The notes under the pieces are model-generated. The model was not told the origin of the DNA. It saw only the letters and a list, made by a program, of their open reading frames with translations, and did no database searches. From positions 2,880,001-2,912,000 of the forward strand of contig NZ_LT549890.1 of NCBI RefSeq assembly GCF_900079115.1: a stretch of 32,000 bases of DNA. Reading direction: 5' to 3'. The first letter of the stretch is position 1. Every line of letters starts with the position of its first letter. The translations under genes were made by a program, and so were the position numbers. Source of the stretch: Saccharolobus solfataricus. GTDB lineage: Archaea > Thermoproteota > Thermoprotei_A > Sulfolobales > Sulfolobaceae. Of this stretch, positions 17,097 to 27,020 are shown piece by piece.

Positions 17097-17777
17097 ATGC
17101 ATGTTTATAAAGTCAAGCTTGACCTTAAACACGATTCGTGCTGGACATATAAAACGTCTGATTTCAAAGTAAATGCGGAGGTAAAATATCTCTTTCCTCT
17201 AATAACTAAGAATTCAATTTTTGAAATAGCCGAGATTTACTCTGATGATAAAAATGAACTTTCAGATTTTATATCAGCAATTAATAGAAGGTATGGTAAT
17301 AATATAAAAGTTGCTAACATAGATAGGCAGAGGTCTAGTAAAGTGGCTTTATTATACTATTTTAAAAATTTCGACAACTCTGTTACAAGAGTTATGATTG
17401 AGAACAATGCAGTAATAACAAACTTATCCATAAGTAATGGAATAGAGGAGTGGTACGCATATTTCTTTGGAGAGGAAGAGGAGATTCTCTCAAATATATC
17501 GCATGGTCTAAAAAGGATAGACGTTAAGGTAGAGAACATAGATCTGGAAAAAACTAAATTAAACGAAATAAAAAACGATCTAGTCATAATTAACTCCCTA
17601 ACTCCTACTGAGAGGGAAATTCTTACGACTGCAATCAAGTTAGGGTTCTTTGAGTATCCTAAAAGAGTCAGATTAGAGGAGTTAGCTGAGATGTTCGGAG
17701 TTACTAAGGTAACTTTAGATAGGCATATAAGAAATGGGTTAAGGAAGATTTTAAGTCAATTATTTATAAACTCCTAG
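17097..17777 (+). CDS. HTH_10 (Bat-type) DNA-binding regulator, paralog of 12376-13038
   Basis: 226 aa. C-terminal LTPTEREILTTAIKLGFFEYPKRVRLEELAEMFGVTKVTLDRHIRNGLRKIL. The architecture matches the 12376 gene, including an N-terminal H-D-x-x-W motif (HDSCW versus HDDW). Confidence 0.75.
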   Translation: MHVYKVKLDLKHDSCWTYKTSDFKVNAEVKYLFPLITKNSIFEIAEIYSDDKNELSDFISAINRRYGNNIKVANIDRQRSSKVALLYYFKNFDNSVTRVMIENNAVITNLSISNGIEEWYAYFFGEEEEILSNISHGLKRIDVKVENIDLEKTKLNEIKNDLVIINSLTPTEREILTTAIKLGFFEYPKRVRLEELAEMFGVTKVTLDRHIRNGLRKILSQLFINS

Positions 17778-18539
17778 TGATTTATACTGAAATTTAAGGA
17801 TCATATCTGTTACTTTTTGATAAGATATAATCCTCCAGACTTTTCTAGTAACATTTAATTCTATCTACTAAGGTATAAACATAACCTAGCCTCTATATTA
17901 ATTTTTCCGAAATGAAGCTAGTACGTTACGTTAAAACTGGAAAATTATGAAGAGAGAAAGCAGACAAATAGCAATTAAATTTTAACCCATTATTACGTAT
18001 TTGGATATTAACCAAAATGCCTAGTTGGTCTTTGAATACTTTTCCACTGAACGACTATTAGCCTCCAATTTATGATTAGATGCACAACTTCTGTTGGTGA
18101 AACCTCTTAACTCTTAGCGAAAATTTAACAAATCTACAAAGCATAACCAAAAGAAACACGTTATCATTTCCAGTAAGTCTATAGTCTAGTATTATTTTAT
18201 AAAATATTATTAAAAATAATTCCATTGTATTGGCCTTAATGAATACATAAAACTTATCAACTTGATTAATTGATTCCTTGTTATCACTATTTATAAGAAA
18301 CTTATTAATGAATTATAAAGTGTAACAAATTTCTGGAAACAGTAGTGTATAGTTTCTAAATTTTTGATAAAGACCTAAGTGAATTTTACTTGTACGTGTA
18401 ATAGAAGTCATCTCTTTCTATCTAAAAAGGTTTGCAAAATTGTATTTTGAGCTGATTATTGTCCTTCTTGCTTTAAGGTAGTATTCCGTATTATCTGTAA
18501 AGTCTAATGTTTTAATACCTTTCTTACGTTTCTTCTTAT

Positions 18540-19298
18540 ATGCGTAAATTCTGTGACTTAAGTGGAAAAATAGCCGTTGTAACTGGAGGTGCAAGTGGTA
18601 TAGGAAGAGCTATAGCGTTTAAATTTGCTAGTCTAGGGGCTACAGTGGTTTTAGGTGATGTGAAAATGGAAGAACTTAATACTGTCGCAAACGAAATCGC
18701 TCAGCAGACTAGCTCTAAAGTAATTCCACTTTATGTAAATGTGGCTGATTTCAATTCAGCTAAAGAGTTCTATATTAAAGCCACTGAGACTTTGGGAGTA
18801 GACTACGTGGATATTTTAGTAAACAACGCTGGGATAAATAGGGACGCCTTATTCGTTAAAATGACCTATGAGCAATGGGATGAGGTGATAAAAGTTGACC
18901 TATATAGTATGTTTAACATGACTAAGCAAGTTGTTGATGGGATGATAAAGAGAAATTATGGAAGAATTATCAACATGTCTTCGATGAGTTGGTTGGGAAA
19001 CATCGGTCAAGCGAACTATTCAGCAGCTAAAGCTGGGGTCATAGGCTTCACGAAAACTCTAGCGAGGGAATTGGCTAAATATAACATAACTGTTAATGCC
19101 ATAACTCCAGGTTTCATAGATACTCCAATGACTAGGGCGGTTCCTGAAAAGGTTAGACAAAAGATCATAGAGAGAATACCAATGGGTAGAATTGGTAACC
19201 CGGAAGAAGTAGCTAACCTAATAGCTTTCCTATCATCTGAAGAAGCGTCTTATATAACGGGAGAGGTAATAGGAGTTACCGGGGGCCTGATATTATGA
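18540..19298 (+). CDS. short-chain dehydrogenase/reductase, 3-oxoacyl reductase (FabG)-like
   Basis: 252 aa. Cofactor motif TGGASGIGRAIA, NNAG, and the catalytic S...YSAAK. Its stop overlaps the next start (ATGA). Confidence 0.85.
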   Translation: MRKFCDLSGKIAVVTGGASGIGRAIAFKFASLGATVVLGDVKMEELNTVANEIAQQTSSKVIPLYVNVADFNSAKEFYIKATETLGVDYVDILVNNAGINRDALFVKMTYEQWDEVIKVDLYSMFNMTKQVVDGMIKRNYGRIINMSSMSWLGNIGQANYSAAKAGVIGFTKTLARELAKYNITVNAITPGFIDTPMTRAVPEKVRQKIIERIPMGRIGNPEEVANLIAFLSSEEASYITGEVIGVTGGLIL

Positions 19299-20452
19299 TA
19301 ACTGGGTTCGCTAGCAGTCTCTACAAAAAATATGAAGGGTCAACCTTCGAATTATTAGCTGATACGGTATTTTCGGCATTAGAAATTGCGGGTTTAGATA
19401 AGACCAATGTGGATGGAATATATCTTACATATCTGCCTGGTACTTTTGATAGTTACGCTTATTCCCATTTTTTCACAAACCAAGTAGCCCAATATCTTGG
19501 AATAAGACCTAAATTCGCTCAAATTTTTGATTATGGAGGAGCCTCTGCCTTAAGTATGATATATAGAGCATATAAGGCAATTAAGTCTGGAGAAGGTGAA
19601 ACGATTTTATGTATTGTAGGTGGAAAGGCTTCAGAGTTGAGAAATAAAGGAGTTACTGTAGATGCAATAGATAAGGCATACCCTGATGTTTCTCTAACAC
19701 CTTTTGATAGGCTTTTCAGAGGACTTAATGACCTAAATCCAGTATCAGATTACGCACTAGTTGCTAATAGGCATATGTATCTCTTCGGTAGTACGGATGA
19801 GCAAAGAGCCCTAATAGCGGTTAGGCAAAGATTTAACGCATCACAAAACAGTAAGGCAATGTTCAGAGATTTACTCAGTGTAGAACAAGTGTTAAAATCT
19901 CCTTTAGTTTCCTATCCTTTACATCTTCTTGAAATAGTTTACCCTATAGACGGTTTTCACGTTTTTGTAGTAAGTAAAAGAAGTAGCAAATCAGCTCTTA
20001 GAGATATAGATATCTTAGGGTATGGAGAAGCTCATTGGCCTCTAATGCCTGCAGAGCTAGATGAAATAGTATATACCCCAGCCGTCGAAAGTTCAAAGGG
20101 ACTATTAAGCGAAAAGATAGATGCCTTCGAGCTTTATGACTCGTTTACCGTAACCGTTATGTTAGAAGTTGAAGATATCGGTTTAGCGGAGAAAGGTAAG
20201 GGAGGCGTGTTTTTTGAGAATCATGATACTACTTACAAGGGAGATGTTCCTATAAATACTGGGGGAGGTAGCTTGAATACTGGTCAACCAGCTTTCATGA
20301 GTGGTGGTGTCATTTTAGAGGAAGCATTACTTCAATTGAATGATATGGCATATGGCCATCAAGTTAAGGGTGTGAATAAGGTCTTCCTAAATGGGGTGGG
20401 TGGGTGGAATAGATCTCATTCAGTTTCTTTAGTATTAGGTGAGGGTAGATGA
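19295..20452 (+). CDS. thiolase-superfamily (SCP-x/archaeal thiolase-like) protein lacking the canonical catalytic residues
   Basis: 385 aa. Fold-level motifs are kept (PLHLLE..PIDG, NTGGGSL, NGVGG). The nucleophile site reads DYGGASALS (expected xxCASGG). The HDCF motif reads YDSF. GHP reads GQP. Confidence 0.8.
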   Translation: MITGFASSLYKKYEGSTFELLADTVFSALEIAGLDKTNVDGIYLTYLPGTFDSYAYSHFFTNQVAQYLGIRPKFAQIFDYGGASALSMIYRAYKAIKSGEGETILCIVGGKASELRNKGVTVDAIDKAYPDVSLTPFDRLFRGLNDLNPVSDYALVANRHMYLFGSTDEQRALIAVRQRFNASQNSKAMFRDLLSVEQVLKSPLVSYPLHLLEIVYPIDGFHVFVVSKRSSKSALRDIDILGYGEAHWPLMPAELDEIVYTPAVESSKGLLSEKIDAFELYDSFTVTVMLEVEDIGLAEKGKGGVFFENHDTTYKGDVPINTGGGSLNTGQPAFMSGGVILEEALLQLNDMAYGHQVKGVNKVFLNGVGGWNRSHSVSLVLGEGR

Positions 20453-20799
20453 GGTTAGAGGAAATATACTCATACTACGATAAAATAATACGAAGCGGAT
20501 CCTTGCCGTATATTAGATGTAGGAATTGTACGTATACGTTCTTTTACGTAAGGCATGTATGTCCCAGATGTAGTTCGAGAGATTTAGAAATTCTAAGAAG
20601 TAATGGAATCGGTAAGGTCTTTTCGTGGACTAAGATATTTAGGAAAAACGAAAGTTTCATATATGGTATTGTGGAGTTAGAGGAGGGATTTAAGATATAT
20701 TGTAATTTAGCAAGCGACGTTGAGATAGGTGATAAAGTTAAGGTCGATATTATCCCGTTAGAAGATGGGAAGTATAGGGTATTAGCAAACAAGCTTTAA
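20449..20799 (+). CDS. DUF35 family protein (rubredoxin-like Zn ribbon plus OB fold)
   Basis: 116 aa. The C-x2-C...C-x2-C pattern is CRNCTYTFFYVRHVCPRC, followed by an OB-like segment GKVFSWTKIF. The start overlaps the thiolase-like stop (ATGA). Confidence 0.8.
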   Translation: MRLEEIYSYYDKIIRSGSLPYIRCRNCTYTFFYVRHVCPRCSSRDLEILRSNGIGKVFSWTKIFRKNESFIYGIVELEEGFKIYCNLASDVEIGDKVKVDIIPLEDGKYRVLANKL

Positions 20800-20809
20800 T
20801 TAAATATAT

Positions 20810-21079
20810 TTAAATATATTCAAGTTTTATTATCATTTTATCTTTAAAATTAATTATATATAGGTCTCCTTCTTCTGTTACTACGTCGCATTCTAATCTT
20901 TCCTTAATGCACTTGATCCACATACCTTCAAAGTTTGTACCCTCCTTTACCGTCGTTTTCGATATTGATTGGAACGTATTGCTCTCGGAAAAATTTACAG
21001 CTTTTCTCACACTGACCCTAAATCCCTTGATTGAAGGGTTTTGTAATATGTTTTTTATATCCTCAAACTTGAAACTCAT
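20810..21079 (-). CDS. hypothetical protein
   Basis: 89-aa ORF with protein-like composition. No family recognised. The opposite-strand ORF at 20907-21104 looks less plausible. Confidence 0.4.
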   Translation of the reverse strand: MSFKFEDIKNILQNPSIKGFRVSVRKAVNFSESNTFQSISKTTVKEGTNFEGMWIKCIKERLECDVVTEEGDLYIINFKDKMIIKLEYI

Positions 21080-21186
21080 TTCAATTCTACATTTCTTACA
21101 ATAGAATATAAAGCTTATCTTGCTAACAATTTTTACTTTAAAATGGTTAATAGTCCACTAAATGATAATTATATTTTTTATTATAA

Positions 21187-21723
21187 CTACGACTGGCGTG
21201 TCAAATATGTTCCAAAACTAATTCCCCATATTATTTCCGGATAAACTATTATCCTCTCCATACCTCCTGGTCCTAGGGGACCGTAATCCTTAAGGATATA
21301 TAAGACTAATGAAGCTAAAGTTATTAGACCTAATATGGTCCAGAAGTAATTCCTCCTTATTGAGGTAAATATTGCACCTATTCCTCCAAAAAGAAAAGTT
21401 ATTAAAGCTGCAATCAAATGAGGGAATCCAGTATTCTCGGGAAATATACCAACTAGTGCAGCACCTAACCCTACTAAAAAGACTAATGGTGAGTAGTTTA
21501 CTCTTAATAGTAGTGACGATATTATTACTAATATGCCCATAATCACAATTGACGTATTGAATATTATTGCAGTTCCTCCAACTCCTAGGTCACTGATGTA
21601 ATTATATTTAACCGAGTAATTTGGATATAAAATTTCCGATACTGTAAAAAACAATAAAAATTGTGACACACCTACTAATATAAGATAGCCTGATATCTTA
21701 TCCCTATTTAACATCATCAACAT
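21187..21723 (-). CDS. DUF998-like integral membrane protein
   Basis: 178 aa with about 6 TM segments. ILYPNYSVKYNYISDLG resembles the DUF998 N-terminal motif. Confidence 0.6.
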   Translation of the reverse strand: MLMMLNRDKISGYLILVGVSQFLLFFTVSEILYPNYSVKYNYISDLGVGGTAIIFNTSIVIMGILVIISSLLLRVNYSPLVFLVGLGAALVGIFPENTGFPHLIAALITFLFGGIGAIFTSIRRNYFWTILGLITLASLVLYILKDYGPLGPGGMERIIVYPEIIWGISFGTYLTRQS

Positions 21724-21759
21724 TTTTGTTTATTATTATACTTAAATATTTATCTATTT

Positions 21760-22377
21760 TCAACTCTTAATAATAATCCCAATACCACCAGCTTCATTCG
21801 TTAATTCATGCAACTTTACCCCTTTCTGCTTAGCGAAGTAATACGGCGCTTCAGTGAAATCTAGGTTATCTATGAGTAATACTCCACCATTCCTCAAGTA
21901 ATCCCATGCAATATTCAGTTCAAAACTCACGTTCTCAAAAGTATGTTCACTGTCATGAAGGAAAACGTCAACCTTACCCAACTTCTTTAATAGGTTTGGT
22001 AACACATCTCTACTCTTTCCTATATATAACTTCCATTTATTTTTTAACTGTTCTGTGACTAAGAACCCTACCCTTTTTCCATCCTCCAAAGTTTCCCTCG
22101 TATCAATTGAGAATAACGTACCTCTCTCCAAGGCAGAGAGGATTATTGTAGTTGATACGCCTGGTCCAACACCTGTTTCAATTACAATATCTGGATTGTA
22201 GTATTTTATTATTGAATACAGAATATACCTTTTAGCCTCACTCAGTGCATAGGGGAAACTATGTCCTAAAGTCCTTTTAATCCTATTATTTATTTCTTCT
22301 ACCTCATTCCAGTATTTGCTCAGATCCGCATTAAATATCTCCTTAAGTGTTTTGGATATCGATTCCGATTCCTCCAT
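21760..22377 (-). CDS. class I SAM-dependent methyltransferase
   Basis: 205 aa. Motif I is VIETGVGPGVSTTIIL, followed by an acidic residue after the next beta strand (FSIDT). Later DVFLHDSEH and LLIDN are typical of O-methyltransferase-like (Methyltransf_24) proteins. Confidence 0.7.
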   Translation of the reverse strand: MEESESISKTLKEIFNADLSKYWNEVEEINNRIKRTLGHSFPYALSEAKRYILYSIIKYYNPDIVIETGVGPGVSTTIILSALERGTLFSIDTRETLEDGKRVGFLVTEQLKNKWKLYIGKSRDVLPNLLKKLGKVDVFLHDSEHTFENVSFELNIAWDYLRNGGVLLIDNLDFTEAPYYFAKQKGVKLHELTNEAGGIGIIIKS

Positions 22378-22423
22378 ACTAATAAGTATACTTTTGAAAG
22401 TTATTAAAGATAACTATTGTAAC

Positions 22424-23296
22424 CTAAGGTTTCCTTTTTCGCTTAGTTATCAAGAATGAAATTCCCATTCCTAAAAAGTATAAGCTTGATAAGGATAATC
22501 CTATAATTGTTTCCATCACTCCTCCAGTTGTACCTGGCGAAATTATCCACGCAATGATAAAGGAGACTAGGACTCCCCATCTCCAATAATTCCTCCATGT
22601 ACTAGCCTTAACTATTCCCAAGTAAGTCAAACCTATCATTATTAATGGCATTTCAAATGCTAATCCTAGTGATCCCATTAATAGGAAAGTTGTTGATATG
22701 AAAGAACTTAAACTTATTGTAGGTTCTACTGCTGGACCTAAAGACTCAGTATAAAACGATATCATCTTGAACATTAATGGTATTAGAATGAAAAACGCAA
22801 ATAGAGAACCAGAGAAAAAAAGCAAAAAGGCAGGAGCTATGGTCAGCTTAAAGATTTTCTTTTCATGTTCATATAACCCTGGACTTAAAAATGACCAAGT
22901 TTCTCTGATTATGATGGGAAGCGATGTTAATAGTGCAAGGTATAGGGAAACGTAAAGTGACGCATATAACGGGTCGAACAAGTTTATTATTATTATCTTA
23001 GTATTTATGGGCAGTTCATGATAAATAAAGAATTTAGTTACTTTTACCGCTATACTATCATAAAATGACGGATAAGGAATTGGAATTTTTGAGATATTTA
23101 TCCCAAGGAGTGGTATTTGTAATGGATCTATATTTATCCATTCGTAACCCATCATGAAGTAAAAGAAGAATGAAATAGCTAATGCTATAATAATTCTCCT
23201 TAGTCTTATCGCTAATTCTCTTAGGTGATCTAACAATGGTTTCTCTTCAAAAAAACTCTTCTCTTCTTTTCCCCTCTCCTTTGCTTTCTCTTTCAC
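22424..23296 (-). CDS. tatC: twin-arginine translocase subunit TatC
   Basis: 290 aa with 6 TM segments. The N-terminal LLDHLRELAIRLRRIIIA and the overall pattern are typical of TatC. It lies directly downstream of tatA. Confidence 0.85.
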   Translation of the reverse strand: MKEKAKERGKEEKSFFEEKPLLDHLRELAIRLRRIIIALAISFFFYFMMGYEWINIDPLQIPLLGINISKIPIPYPSFYDSIAVKVTKFFIYHELPINTKIIIINLFDPLYASLYVSLYLALLTSLPIIIRETWSFLSPGLYEHEKKIFKLTIAPAFLLFFSGSLFAFFILIPLMFKMISFYTESLGPAVEPTISLSSFISTTFLLMGSLGLAFEMPLIMIGLTYLGIVKASTWRNYWRWGVLVSFIIAWIISPGTTGGVMETIIGLSLSSLYFLGMGISFLITKRKRKP

Positions 23297-23306
23297 ATGG
23301 AATACC

Positions 23307-23582
23307 TCAAGCTTTCTTGCTTTGTTTTAGTGCTTCCAATTGCTTTTTTAACTCTGCTATTTTCTTCTCAAGTTCATCTACGCTTTCACTATTCCCCCTT
23401 TTTTCAACTACGCTACTAGACATCATTTGCCGCATCTCCATTTCTGCTTCTAGTTGTCCCTTCTTGAACTCCCCCATTGATCTTCCTAAAGCTCTGAAAA
23501 GCTCCGGTATTTTAGACGATCCAAAGAAGAGCACAGCAATAACCACTAATATGATTATTATATCATTAGGGCTATCTAGCAT
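23307..23582 (-). CDS. tatA: twin-arginine translocase subunit TatA/E
   Basis: Starting at ATG 23582 gives MLDSPNDIIIILVVIAVLFFGSSKIPELFRALGRSMGEFKKG, which is a TM segment, an FG hinge and an amphipathic helix. A GGAGGG-like sequence lies 5-10 nt upstream. The ORF track extends to a GTG at 23600. Confidence 0.8.
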   Translation of the reverse strand: MLDSPNDIIIILVVIAVLFFGSSKIPELFRALGRSMGEFKKGQLEAEMEMRQMMSSSVVEKRGNSESVDELEKKIAELKKQLEALKQSKKA

Positions 23583-23813
23583 ATTTTCCCTCCCACCCAC
23601 CCTTATGTTTATACTTAATCATTATATATTAATAAATTTTCTTACAAACAACTCCGAAACGGCTATATCTGATTTCCTCCTCTTTCTGAGATTTTGGTTG
23701 GAAAAAATGGGGTGAAATGGATCTGTCGGGAAGCGAGACATGTTGAAACCATCATCATTAAACCTAACTTGTAAACATGATTGCTTATTAGTTTTAAATT
23801 CGGATTCCTTTAT

Positions 23814-25490
23814 ATGCCAATAAAACTAAATAGTCCCTCAAGATATCATGGGATATATAACGCTCCACACAGGGCATTTCTAAGATCTGTGGGTTTAACT
23901 GATGAAGAGATAGGTAAACCATTAGTTGCCATAGCTACAGCATGGAGTGAGGCAGGACCATGCAACTTTCACACATTAGCGTTAGCGAGAGTAGCAAAGG
24001 AGGGGGCGAAAGAAGCTGGTTTATCTCCATTGGCATTTCCAACAATGGTAGTTAACGATAACATTGGAATGGGATCTGAGGGAATGAGGTATAGCCTAGT
24101 TAGCAGGGACTTAATAGCAGATATGGTAGAGGCGCAATTTAATGCTCACGCATTTGATGGATTAGTAGGTATAGGAGGGTGCGATAAGACAACACCCGGT
24201 ATATTAATGGCAATGGCTAGGTTGAATGTTCCCTCAATTTACATTTATGGTGGATCAGCAGAGCCAGGGTACTTTATGGGTAAAAGACTAACAATAGAGG
24301 ACGTGCATGAGGCAATAGGCGCTTACTTAGCAAAGAGAATTTCTGAAGATGAGTTATACGAGATAGAAAAAAGGGCACACCCCACATTAGGTACTTGCTC
24401 TGGATTATTTACGGCAAACACCATGGGCTCATTATCCGAAGCGTTAGGAATGGCACTACCTGGGAGTGCATCTCCAACCGCTACCTCGTCCAGAAGAGTG
24501 ATGTATGTAAGGGAAACAGGAAAAGCCTTAGGTAGTTTAATTGAGAGTGGAATCAAGACAAGGGATATACTAACTTTTGAAGCTTTTGAGAATGCAATAA
24601 CAACCCTAATGGCGATGGGTGGTTCAACGAATGCGGTACTGCACTTATTGGCGATAGCCTATGAAGCTGGAGTGAAATTAACTTTAGATGACTTCAATAG
24701 GATATCTAAAAGGACACCCTATATTACCAGCATGAAACCTGGTGGAGATTACGTAATGGCTGATTTGGATGAAGTTGGAGGTGTTCCAGTAGTTCTAAAG
24801 AAGTTATTAGAGGCTGGGCTATTGCATGGTGACGTTTTAACAGTTACTGGGAAAACTATGAAGCAAAACCTTGAAGAATATAAATATCCTAACGTGCCTC
24901 ACAATCACATTGTCAAGGATGTTAAGAATCCCATTAAACCTAGAGGAGGAATAATTATATTAAAGGGATCATTAGCTCCAGAAGGTGCGGTAATCAAGGT
25001 AGCTGCAACCAGTCTTGTTAAATTTGAAGGAAAGGCTAAGGTATATAATTCTGAGGAGGATGCTTTTAAGGGAGTTCAAAGCGGGGAAGTTAAGGAGGGT
25101 GAAGTGGTAATTATAAGGTATGAAGGTCCTAAGGGAGCTCCGGGTATGCCAGAAATGTTGAGGGTTACAGCCGCAATCATGGGAGCTGGTCTTAATAACG
25201 TTGCCTTGGTTACTGATGGGAGATTTTCAGGAGCTACCAGAGGGCCAATGGTAGGTCATGTAGCTCCAGAAGCGATGGTAGGGGGACCTATAGCGGTAGT
25301 CGAAGATGGTGATACTATACTAATTGATGTTGAAAACGAAAGACTTGACTTAAAGTTACCCGAAGAGGAGATAAAGAATAGACTGAAGAGATGGTCTCCT
25401 CGACCTCCAAGGTATAAGTCTGGACTATTGGCTAAATATGCTTCTCTGGTCTCGCAAGCTTCCATGGGTGCTGTAACTAAGCCAGTATAA
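23814..25490 (+). CDS. ilvD: dihydroxy-acid dehydratase (IlvD/Edd family)
   Basis: [13 protein letters not shown]..., with CDK at the Fe-S/Mg region (GGCDKTTPG) and family-typical motifs [12 protein letters not shown] and [10 protein letters not shown] chose the ATG at 23814 because the TATA-like TTTTAAATT at 23792-23800 sits about 20 nt upstream. The ORF track starts at a TTG at 23781. Confidence 0.9.
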   Translation: MPIKLNSPSRYHGIYNAPHRAFLRSVGLTDEEIGKPLVAIATAWSEAGPCNFHTLALARVAKEGAKEAGLSPLAFPTMVVNDNIGMGSEGMRYSLVSRDLIADMVEAQFNAHAFDGLVGIGGCDKTTPGILMAMARLNVPSIYIYGGSAEPGYFMGKRLTIEDVHEAIGAYLAKRISEDELYEIEKRAHPTLGTCSGLFTANTMGSLSEALGMALPGSASPTATSSRRVMYVRETGKALGSLIESGIKTRDILTFEAFENAITTLMAMGGSTNAVLHLLAIAYEAGVKLTLDDFNRISKRTPYITSMKPGGDYVMADLDEVGGVPVVLKKLLEAGLLHGDVLTVTGKTMKQNLEEYKYPNVPHNHIVKDVKNPIKPRGGIIILKGSLAPEGAVIKVAATSLVKFEGKAKVYNSEEDAFKGVQSGEVKEGEVVIIRYEGPKGAPGMPEMLRVTAAIMGAGLNNVALVTDGRFSGATRGPMVGHVAPEAMVGGPIAVVEDGDTILIDVENERLDLKLPEEEIKNRLKRWSPRPPRYKSGLLAKYASLVSQASMGAVTKPV

Positions 25491-25520
25491 TTTTTTATCT
25501 GAATTCCCCTTTTCTATTTT

Positions 25521-26924
25521 ATGTATGAAGATATTTGGGCAATTGAGCACGCAATAAGCTTACTGGACTGGGACATTCAAACTTACATGCCCCAATCTGG
25601 AATTAAAGCTAGAGGAGAAGCAATTGCAAGGTTAAACAATCTAAGAAGGAAGTTATTATTAGGTATTAGAAGGGATATAGAAAAACTAGAGCCAAAAAAT
25701 GATGTTGATAGAGGTTTAAAAAGAGTATTAGAAAGAGAATATAAATACTATGACGCTGTGCCAGAAGAATTAGAAATGAAACTTCATAGAATAACATCAG
25801 AAGCTACAGTAGTTTGGAGAAATGCTAAAGCCAAGGCTGATTTTAACGTCTTTAAACCTTATTTAGAGCAAATAGTCGAGATTGAGAGGGAAATAGCGAA
25901 TAGATTGGGCTATAAAGATCATCCATATAGTGCACTCTTGGATAGGTATGAGGAAGGATTTACTGTTTCCGATGCTGACAGTGTATTTAATCAACTATTA
26001 CCCAGCTTGTCAAAGATTCTTGAAAACGTTGAAGACAAGTTCACTAGGAAATACCGCTTCGAGGATGAAAAATATGACGTTTTTCAGATGAGTAAAACTA
26101 TAGAGTACATAGCTTATGAGATACTAAAGATGCCAAAGGATAGATTTAGAATTGATGTTTCTCCTCATCCCTTCACTACCTCAATGAATAGGAACGATGT
26201 TAGAATAACGGTAAGGTACGAGGGGTATGATTTTAAGAGAGTCCTCTATTCTCTGATACATGAGAGTGGACACGCAATATATGAGTTGCAAATAGACCCA
26301 GGTCTAGAATACTCTCCTTTAGCCAGTGCTCCTTCTATGGGTCTTCACGAATCTCAATCAAGATTTTGGGAGAATATTGTAGGAAGAAGCTATGAGTTTG
26401 TTAAGACCATTTACCCCCTACTTAATATTAAAGATAGTGTTGATGGTGTATATTACTATGTTAATGGTGTAAAGAGGCAACCGATAAGAGTCGATGCGGA
26501 TGAAGTTACCTATAATTTTCATATAGCAATCAGATACGAGATAGAGAAGAGGGCAATAGAGGGTAGTTTAGAGGTTAGTGAATTCTCCTCGCTATTTAAC
26601 GATTTGATGGATAAATATCTAAATATAAGACCTAAAAATGATGGAGAAGGAGTTTTACAAGACGTTCATTGGAGTCAAGGTTCTTTTGGTTATTTTCCAA
26701 CTTACACATTAGGGAATGTTATAGCTGGAATGGTATACTATCACATGAAGAGGGATATTGGTTTTGACGTTATTAATATAGAGAAGATGAAGGAGTGGCT
26801 AAGGGAGAAAATTCATAAATATGGAGCTATATATTCAGTAAAGGAACTGCAAATGAGGTCATTTGGTGAGACGTATAACCCATCTAGACTATTAGATTAT
26901 TTGAAAGAAAAATATAATGCGTGA
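25521..26924 (+). CDS. M32-family metallocarboxypeptidase (carboxypeptidase Taq-like)
   Basis: 467 aa. It has HESGHAIYE (HExxH), [10 protein letters not shown], DxRxT-like NDVRITVRY and IRxxAD-like [15 protein letters not shown], all M32 hallmarks. Confidence 0.85.
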   Translation: MYEDIWAIEHAISLLDWDIQTYMPQSGIKARGEAIARLNNLRRKLLLGIRRDIEKLEPKNDVDRGLKRVLEREYKYYDAVPEELEMKLHRITSEATVVWRNAKAKADFNVFKPYLEQIVEIEREIANRLGYKDHPYSALLDRYEEGFTVSDADSVFNQLLPSLSKILENVEDKFTRKYRFEDEKYDVFQMSKTIEYIAYEILKMPKDRFRIDVSPHPFTTSMNRNDVRITVRYEGYDFKRVLYSLIHESGHAIYELQIDPGLEYSPLASAPSMGLHESQSRFWENIVGRSYEFVKTIYPLLNIKDSVDGVYYYVNGVKRQPIRVDADEVTYNFHIAIRYEIEKRAIEGSLEVSEFSSLFNDLMDKYLNIRPKNDGEGVLQDVHWSQGSFGYFPTYTLGNVIAGMVYYHMKRDIGFDVINIEKMKEWLREKIHKYGAIYSVKELQMRSFGETYNPSRLLDYLKEKYNA

Positions 26925-27020
26925 TGTGAAATCTCTCCCTGAATGGTGAAGAACTGGGTCCTTACTGAAAAATCCTTAACTTGGATATCTTTCTCTTTTT
27001 AGTTTAGTTTATTTCCTTTT

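Noticed and set aside
18094-18103. 10-bp match (ttggtgaaac) to the IS terminal repeat, as a possible solo IS end
   Set aside because: Only 10 of 18 bp match and there is no flanking similarity. That is within chance expectation for a window of this size.
23236-23715. 159-aa plus-strand ORF across the tatA region
   Set aside because: It is antisense to a textbook TatA sequence and has Ser/Leu/Phe-rich low-complexity composition. It is spurious.
25521-25600. Possible N-terminal truncation of the M32 carboxypeptidase
   Set aside because: The protein appears about 25 aa shorter at the N-terminus than the Thermus enzyme I remember. However, only 30 nt separate it from ilvD and the frame is closed upstream. 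Without an alignment this is not demonstrable, and it may be the normal archaeal form.
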